Source: Chrysomallon squamiferum (lineage: Eukaryota; Animalia; Mollusca). Taken from it: a stretch of 64,000 nt of DNA. The notes beneath the pieces were generated by a model. That model was not told the origin of the DNA. It did no database searches and was given only the letters and a program-made list of their open reading frames with translations. Where the stretch lies: contig CM022665.1 in NCBI GenBank assembly GCA_012295275.1, positions 38,688,001-38,752,000 on the forward strand, in the 5' to 3' direction. The translations under genes were made by a program, and so were the position numbers. Every line of letters starts with the position of its first letter. Positions within the stretch are counted from its first letter, which is position 1. Shown here in pieces: positions 56,791-64,000 of the stretch.

Positions 56791-56943
56791 CTTGGTTGTA
56801 TCATTGGGCTGATCCTGCAGTTTATCAACCTGTGGCCATTTTGCTTTAATTGTGTTCAGCATCTCTTGATACGGAACCATCTTTTTAAAATTCCACTTGT
56901 TGCCACCAAAAGGCATGTACTCAATAAACCTCACATCAATGTT
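56791..56943 (-). CDS. MOCS1: MOCS1 exon 6
   Basis: [17 protein letters not shown]...NDTTK; 153 nt with canonical boundaries. Confidence 0.96.
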
Positions 56944-58003
56944 CTGTTAAAAAATTATAATAATTAATATATTTATTTTTTCTGATAAAAAAATTTAATG
57001 CTTTAAAAACACACATAAGTAAAATAAACCAAAAAAAAAAAAAAAATTCAAATAGTTAGAAATTTCCTTATTGCTGTACACAATACAACCTGAATTGATA
57101 AATTACAAGCAAAATATTTATAACACTAAACAATATTCCACAAACATGAAAAAGGAAACTCAATATAAACCATTCAGTTCAAGTCCAATGTGCAGGCAAT
57201 GTTGTGGCATGTCAGACAAATATTACCTAAATCCTGTATACAAATCAACTAGATCTCAGCTTAATATTAACACAAAATCCAGTGTAGTGTCTCTTCAGAT
57301 ATCTCAAGTTAAATCTTTTCATTAAACTACTTTTAATTGTACAGGAATATCGACTTGAAATGAATTATCAACTGAAATCATGTGTTTAATGATTAAGTTT
57401 CTTTTTGAAAAAGGCATAAAACTATTTTATTTAACAATCTTAGTGACCAGGAAGCAAGTGTTTTGAATTTTGTTCAGTCTAGCATCTGCAATACATGTCC
57501 ATGATCTCTATCCTCAGGACCACAATGGAAATTAAGTGTTTTCTCTTTCTTGTGCTATGCTGGTTTTTTAATGTATCTGTGTATTTTTATGTTATATATA
57601 TTTACATCATTTTACAAAATAAATCAAATCAAATCAAACAATAACATAAGATGTTCAAAATGTTTTGTTTTTTTTCCCCTTTTTTTTTAAAATTTATTTT
57701 TATAAAAATAAAAGAAGTTTAAGAGACAGATTTTTTATTTTGTTTTCTATTAAAGAAAAGAATTAATGAAACTGTCTTTGGTATTAATGTATTATATGTT
57801 TTTGTTTTTCATTTAATGTTTCTTTCTTTCTATATATGTTAAGATGTCACAAAACATCAATAACCACTGAGACTGGTTATGATACTGCTATATTTTATTA
57901 TTACTAAAGGTTGGTTTCTTGAATTAATAAATCATTTTGTCAGATGTACATGAAATTATTTAGGTTGTTTGAACTACTACTATAGACACAGGTTCTTCAA
58001 TAC

Positions 58004-58075
58004 CTTATTTTCAGTCATTGCAACAAAATCACAAATTTCTTCTTCATTGGTGCCTCTCATAACAACACAGTTCAG
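58004..58075 (-). CDS. MOCS1: MOCS1 exon 5
   Basis: LNCVVMRGTNEEEICDFVAMTENK; 72 nt with canonical boundaries. Confidence 0.95.
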
Positions 58076-59072
58076 CTGAAAAATACAATTTACCACTGCC
58101 CAAATTATTTAAATTAAAAGAAATAAAAAAAAATGCTTCTCTCTTTATACATTTTACCTGTAATATTATTATTTATTGATTTTTATTTATTCATAAAATA
58201 AATGAAATAAAGTTAACAATGTTTTTACTTTTAATATTTACATGTGTGTACATTAAATATATTAATTCATTATATTATGTATGCACAGTAATGCTCTGGA
58301 TATTATATAGATTTTCTTTCTGCAGCTGTTGGTTTGCAAGTCTTTACCACATCATTTATGTACTTTTTAACAATTGATGACTCACATGCAAGAAATAATT
58401 AAGCCATGCAATAACACTTCTTAGATATTGTGATCAAACATTTTCCAATACACCTGCATTTTAATACAAAGAAAGAACACCAATATACAGGATTTTACAA
58501 TTTTTGCCTTGTAAATTTGTGCATGAGTCAGTTTCATGATCATTACAGATGTTATTCATTACAGTTCATTTTGATGAAAACCTAGACTTAAATATTTATT
58601 TCATAAAAGTCTCCAATATAATAATCCTCTTTATATTTAATGAAACTTAACCAAATGCAAAACCAGGAGGATTTAGAATGCTTTGCAAAAACAAACTGAC
58701 AAAGCCTATTTTAGCTTTCACAACATCAAATTAACCGCTTTTACTAATAAATTAAACATTTACTATAAATATCACAACATGACAACTTACACATTACCAC
58801 ATAACAAACCCATATTACTAAAATCTAACAGAATGGTAATTTTTTAAAAACGTTTTATTTACGCTTTTTTATGACTGACATAGGTCAACAACCGAAAAAT
58901 AATAGTTGAGTTAAACTCTGTCATTAAATGTAGTTCTATTCCAGCTCTTTATTTTGACTTCTGAATAATTAAAAATGATAACCATTACCAATACACACAT
59001 ACAGTGCTTAATCCACAGACCGCAGAAAGTTTTAGAAAAAAACACACTAAATATCTACTATCAGAGACTTAC

Positions 59073-59305
59073 CTTAACAGGAGAAAACCCAGACTCTAGT
59101 GCTTTATCAATAGCCATGAGTACTCGGTCAAATCCTTTCCTTCTTGTGATGAATTCAAACTTGGCTGGTATCAGTGTATCCAGACTGATGTTTAAGTGGT
59201 TCAGGCCTGCTTCCTTTAGTTGTGTGAGTTTTCTTGTCAGTGTTATTCCATTTGTCGTCATAGCAATGGATTGTAGTCCTTCGGATTTCAAATCATTCAG
59301 ACCTC
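59073..59305 (-). CDS. MOCS1: MOCS1 exon 4
   Basis: IAMTTNG...LNISLDTL...FEFITRRKG...PVK; tandem AAG/GAG acceptor leaves the 5' edge uncertain by 3 nt. Confidence 0.94.
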
Positions 59306-59800
59306 CTTAAATATTATAAATTTTATTGGAAGTATGTTTAAAAAAAAAAAAATAAAAAGTTCTGAAAAAGCCTTTTATTCATTTTATTACTGGTATTCTA
59401 TAATAAGTTTGTAATAATGTATTAGCTTCTCAGCTCTTTCTAATTTTATAATGCACATTCAAATATTCCTAAAAATTCATTAGTTCAAAAATGTAATTGA
59501 AGTAAGGAAATGACCCCAAAGTACTGCATCATATTATGAGAAAATATAGAGTTAAAGAAACATAACAATAATATAATAAGGTAAATAACTCCATTTGTGA
59601 AACTATTATAATAATAACCATCTGTTAATAAAATATTATTTTATTTATTTAGGTAATAATAATAAATAAAAAAATGTGAGTATATGCAATCTCCATTTAC
59701 TGGCAATTAATATAACCAAGAATAAAACTATTAAGTTCACACAGCTTAATAATTAAAACAGGTCACTCATTGAATTGTGAACTCTTGAAATACTGCTTAC

Positions 59801-59968
59801 TAATAACTTCAACTACATCTGGTCTCACTAGAGGCTCTCCACCAGTGAGTCTCAATTTTGTGACCCCCTGTCTTACAAACAGTCGAGAAAGGTCAAGGAT
59901 TTCTTTAGTGGTCAGTAAGTTCTCTTTGGACGTCAGGTCAACACCTTCAGCTGGCATACAGTACTGAC
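59801..59968 (-). CDS. MOCS1: MOCS1 exon 3
   Basis: CQYCMPAEG...[14 protein letters not shown]; completes the radical SAM CxxxCxxC motif. Confidence 0.96.
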
Positions 59969-60972
59969 CTGCAATAAATTATAAACTCAGCTGACATGAT
60001 CGAAAGACAAACACTTTCTTTTATCATTTGTACCTGAAATAAATGGGGCATCAAAAGGAAAATTCAAAATTTTAGTGTTTATTTTGATTACTCTACCTCA
60101 AAAAGAACAAGATAGTTACTAATAAATTAGTATTTTATTTACAACTGTTTCTATGAAGTCCACAGTATTATACAAATTACAATTCTCTTACTGTAAACCC
60201 CACTCTGAAACATTCAGTTTTAATATTAAACAACAGCATATAAAATGATGTCTCTGCTCAGAATAATGTATTCTGATTTAATTTTCACAAATCTAACTAG
60301 TGTAGTGGAAGTAGGTCACACCAGACACTTATATGCATAATAACATGCATGACTGAAATTATTTATCATTCTGAATAATTTCAAATAAATGATGATTTGT
60401 AATTAAAAACAATATCTAATTATATATCTTTAATAATTTAAGTCACTTTGACTCAGAATTAAATATTAATAGAAAAAATTATTTTTAAAGCAGAAATTGC
60501 TGACTTTGACTTTTATTTATTTCAATCCTCAACATGAGAAATTAAAAACAAATAAATAGACACACTGTATATTCATAAATAGATTTGTAAAAAGTTATAC
60601 AGAAAAAATGTCTAACAGTATGAAGCATACTTTGTCTAACAGAAATATTTAATGATACTTTAGCACAAAATTAATTCAGCTAGGATTCATATTGAGCACA
60701 AAAAAACAACAACACTGATTTAAAACCTCATATCTCAAAATAATATTTTGAAACTGTCCAAAGGTTTACACAATTAAAGATTTGGCTGTTGGCCATAACT
60801 GGCCAAAATTTCAACCTAATATATCTAATAGTGTTTGCAAAAGGCCAAAATAAAAATGTATTTGTTGCATAGCCTAAAAAATCAGTATTTGTTGCATAGC
60901 CTGTCTAAAGAATCTTTATTCTTTCATTCTGCTCTACACCAGTTTTATAAACTGTATTCTGAAAATACTTAC

Positions 60973-61108
60973 ACCTCAGATTACATTTCTCTGTCAGTGA
61001 TATTCTTAAGTACGTGTGTTGTCGACCAAAAGTGTCAGTCAAGAAATCAGAAAATGGCCGAACTAAACTTCTATCATCAGCAAGCTGTTTCTCTGAAGGA
61101 GTATCAAT
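60973..61108 (-). CDS. MOCS1: MOCS1 exon 2
   Basis: [24 protein letters not shown]; donor T|GTAAGT. Confidence 0.96.
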
Positions 61109-61699
61109 CTGTATAAAAATATTTGTAAAAATAAAAATAAACAACTGTCTGCAAATCAAATATCTATGCTGATAGTGATAGTGTACAATGTAAAGAAGTG
61201 TGCAAACATTAATTTTTTAAATATTGTACTAGCAACGGTACTATGTAATGACCATGTCAATCAACTTCATTGAATAAATTAAAAAAGCAATAATTTAAAT
61301 AAGCAAGTTATATAAAAATGTATTATTTTGTGTAATAGTTTTACTTTATTATCGTATTTTTTCATTGCAGTTTAACAGCTTAGTCTATTGAGGGAATGTT
61401 CTGTACAGACACTGAATACATTTTGTACCTGATGCAAGTACATCAGGGCTTAGCTCGATCTGTTAATCATAAAGTTATGTTATAACAAACAAAAATAAAT
61501 AAAAATAAAAATAAAAAAAAAAAAAGACATTCAAGTTGAAATTACTTGACAACTAGTTCAGGTAGTTGAAACGCAATAGATTTTAAACATTTTGATTCTA
61601 TCAATCAAATGTTCATATTTAAATGTCTTGACTTGTGAAAATAAATGTTAATTTCTTTAATTATTTATTTTTTTATTTATCTGTCTATTTTTACTGTAC

Positions 61700-61837
61700 C
61701 TTAGGTGACACGTTACTAAACGATGCCAAACTTCTGTAGTTCTTCAGCGTGGAGCTGTAAGATTTTACTGCAGGTATCCTAAAACTTGAAAAAACATTTC
61801 CAAAGTTTGTAAATCTAAACAGAGCGGACTTCGCCAT
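61700..61837 (-). CDS. MOCS1: MOCS1 exon 1, putative mitochondrial presequence
   Basis: MAKSALFRFTNFGNVFSSFRIPAVKSYSSTLKNYRSLASFSNVSPK: R/K/S-rich with no acidic residues; donor AAG|GTACAG; exons 1-9 total 1188 nt, giving a 395-aa MOCS1A. Confidence 0.82.
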
Positions 61838-62776
61838 ATTTATCTTAACATGAACGGATAAAATCTACTGCATCAATGTAAACAGTTCAGAGAAATGTGA
61901 AATGCTGCTGTCGTCTGTCGCACTAACATTGTTCAGCAACATCGATTTAAATGACAACACTTCACTACAGCGGTTTCGTTCTTAGTAATTTCTACCATAG
62001 TCGAAGCATCCTGCTACTGATAGACGTCAAGGCTAAAGAAATACTATTTTTGTTTACCATTAAACAAAGCATGTATTCGTTAATAGTAGACAGAGTTGTT
62101 ACATGATTTAATATAGACAGATTCGTTACGATAGAAAGAACAACATACCAAATTTGTTTAAACTAGCAGCTATGAACATAATCTTTAAAACTGATTTGAT
62201 AATAAAGGGTTATAATGATTTCAAAATATATTTATTGATTAATACCATTTATTATATAAACACTTAGTGACTTACATACATGCGGGCACGCACAAGAAGA
62301 CAGACACATTTCGGATTTCCATTTGACTCAGAATTTTAAAATTTTGTTTTATTTATATTCAAAATATTGATTAACATGAATTAAAATAAGAGTTTTAAAA
62401 AGTTTATAAAAAGCTAGCACTGTAAACATATGGTTCTGTATTTTAAAAAAAATGATGACGAGAACAACAACAAAAAAACACATTTGTTTTTGGGGATAAA
62501 CTTGTAGCTTTCATAATTCTTATGTCCATTTTAATTAATATTTGCATTGGTATGGGCATTAATTTACAGAAATATTCCCAAAAACATAATCATGAATTTT
62601 TCACATTTTCAGTTGATAAACTGTCGCTCATTTAAAATATAAAATTGTTTTTAATAATAAAATATACAGATAATCGTTTCTACAGGAAATGAGCTACTTT
62701 CCAATTATACGGAGACGCAGTTATCGCCCTTCCATTTATAAGCCTGAGCATAATCGTGTTCAAATTTAGTTTTATC

Positions 62777-62811
<35 letters not shown>

Positions 62812-63385
62812 AAGAAAAAGAAAGAAAAAGAAATAAAGAAAAGAAAAGAAAGAAAGGAAAAAAACCTGAAGAATTCATATTCTAACATGTTTATACTGCT
62901 TTAAGCGAAAATATATATTTTGCAAAATAAATAAATAAATAAATAAATAAATAAACACAAATTAAAAAATAATAAAAAAATAAAATAAATATTTACTTTT
63001 GTTATTATTTTTTTCACGAGATTTACAACATATTTTATCAAAAATACAAGTATGTTACAAAAAGGTAGATTTGCAAGTTAACTTTACTGCAAAAAAAGAA
63101 AAAGAAAAAAGATAATAATAATAATAATAATAATAAAATCTTCATTTATTTCAAAAATGCTTTTTAAATATGGTTAAGAAATTAAAACATCATCGTTATT
63201 TACTGAACGTTGTTTTGAAGGGAGATAACCCGTGAGACATTAAATGTCAACATTCCCACTTTTTTTTTTTTTGCAGTTTTTCCATACTTAACAGAATAGC
63301 AGATGACATTTTAAAACAAGACAGACAAACATAAATAAATAAATATTCTTCTTGTCTATTCAGTGGTCCACGAAACTGAGTGCAT

Positions 63386-63386
<1 letters not shown>

Positions 63387-63481
<95 letters not shown>
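63387..63481. repeat. (CT)n microsatellite
   Basis: Directly visible. Confidence 0.95.
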
Positions 63482-63484
<3 letters not shown>

Positions 63485-64000
63485 TTAACGTCATTACATT
63501 TATTTATATATTCATTGTTAAATGACAATATTTATTTATTTAATTTTATGTTTTAAAAATAAAATGTGGCTGTTATTGTTTAAAGTATTATTATTTAAAT
63601 CTACATCAGTGATTATAATTATTTATATCACAATTTCTCAAGAAGTAGTATTCTTTTACTGATTGACTAAATGACATCGATCACAATAGATACTTTATCA
63701 TTATATACATCATCATCATCATCATAACTATTATTATTATTATTATTATTATTGTTGTTGTTGTGCATAAGGTTATTTTACATAGTAATTTACACATAAA
63801 TACACACACACACACACATACACATAATTCACTTTAAATTCGTTTCACAAAATGAGTCGTTCTCTATTCTTTTATATTACTATTTTTGCTGTTGCTTTCC
63901 TTGATGTTGTTTATTCTCTTCTTTTTCTTCTTCTTATCTTTATTATCAACATCATTATCGCAGATTATTCTTGTTGTTCCAGTTGGTGCTACATATACTC

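Noticed and set aside
59303-59308. NAGNAG tandem acceptor at MOCS1 exon 4
   Set aside because: Common feature; it would change only one or two residues in a variable region.
49383-61837. Functional clustering of NNMT-like and MOCS1 (methylnicotinamide is oxidised by the molybdoenzyme aldehyde oxidase)
   Set aside because: Adjacency alone is weak evidence in an animal genome, the substrate is unknown and the gene appears dead.

Overview
AT-rich, microsatellite-dense animal genomic DNA, probably an invertebrate; lophotrochozoan or mollusc is only a guess. It contains four spliced loci. (1) The first coding exon of a DUSP10/MKP5-like MAPK phosphatase on the minus strand (rhodanese/KIM domain, 3789-4413; the rest lies outside the window), with an immediate-early-type promoter. 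(2) After a ~27 kb divergent intergenic region dotted with AP-1/CRE-bearing islands, a kelch-repeat-only gene (+, 31369-46896). Its third exon is split by a diverged copy of the preceding intron's 3' end, a candidate newly born intron. (3) An intron-containing NNMT/INMT/PNMT-family methyltransferase pseudogene (+, 49383-50927). (4) A complete 10-exon MOCS1 gene (-, 52649-61837) encoding MOCS1A (MoaA) and MOCS1B (MoaC). Around the MOCS1A stop codon, a local duplication creates two mutually exclusive hairpins covering the two alternative 5' splice sites that decide between the MOCS1A and MOCS1AB fusion products. Most ORFs in the supplied track are translations of simple repeats. Exon boundaries and motif counts were read by hand; no alignment or folding software was run.
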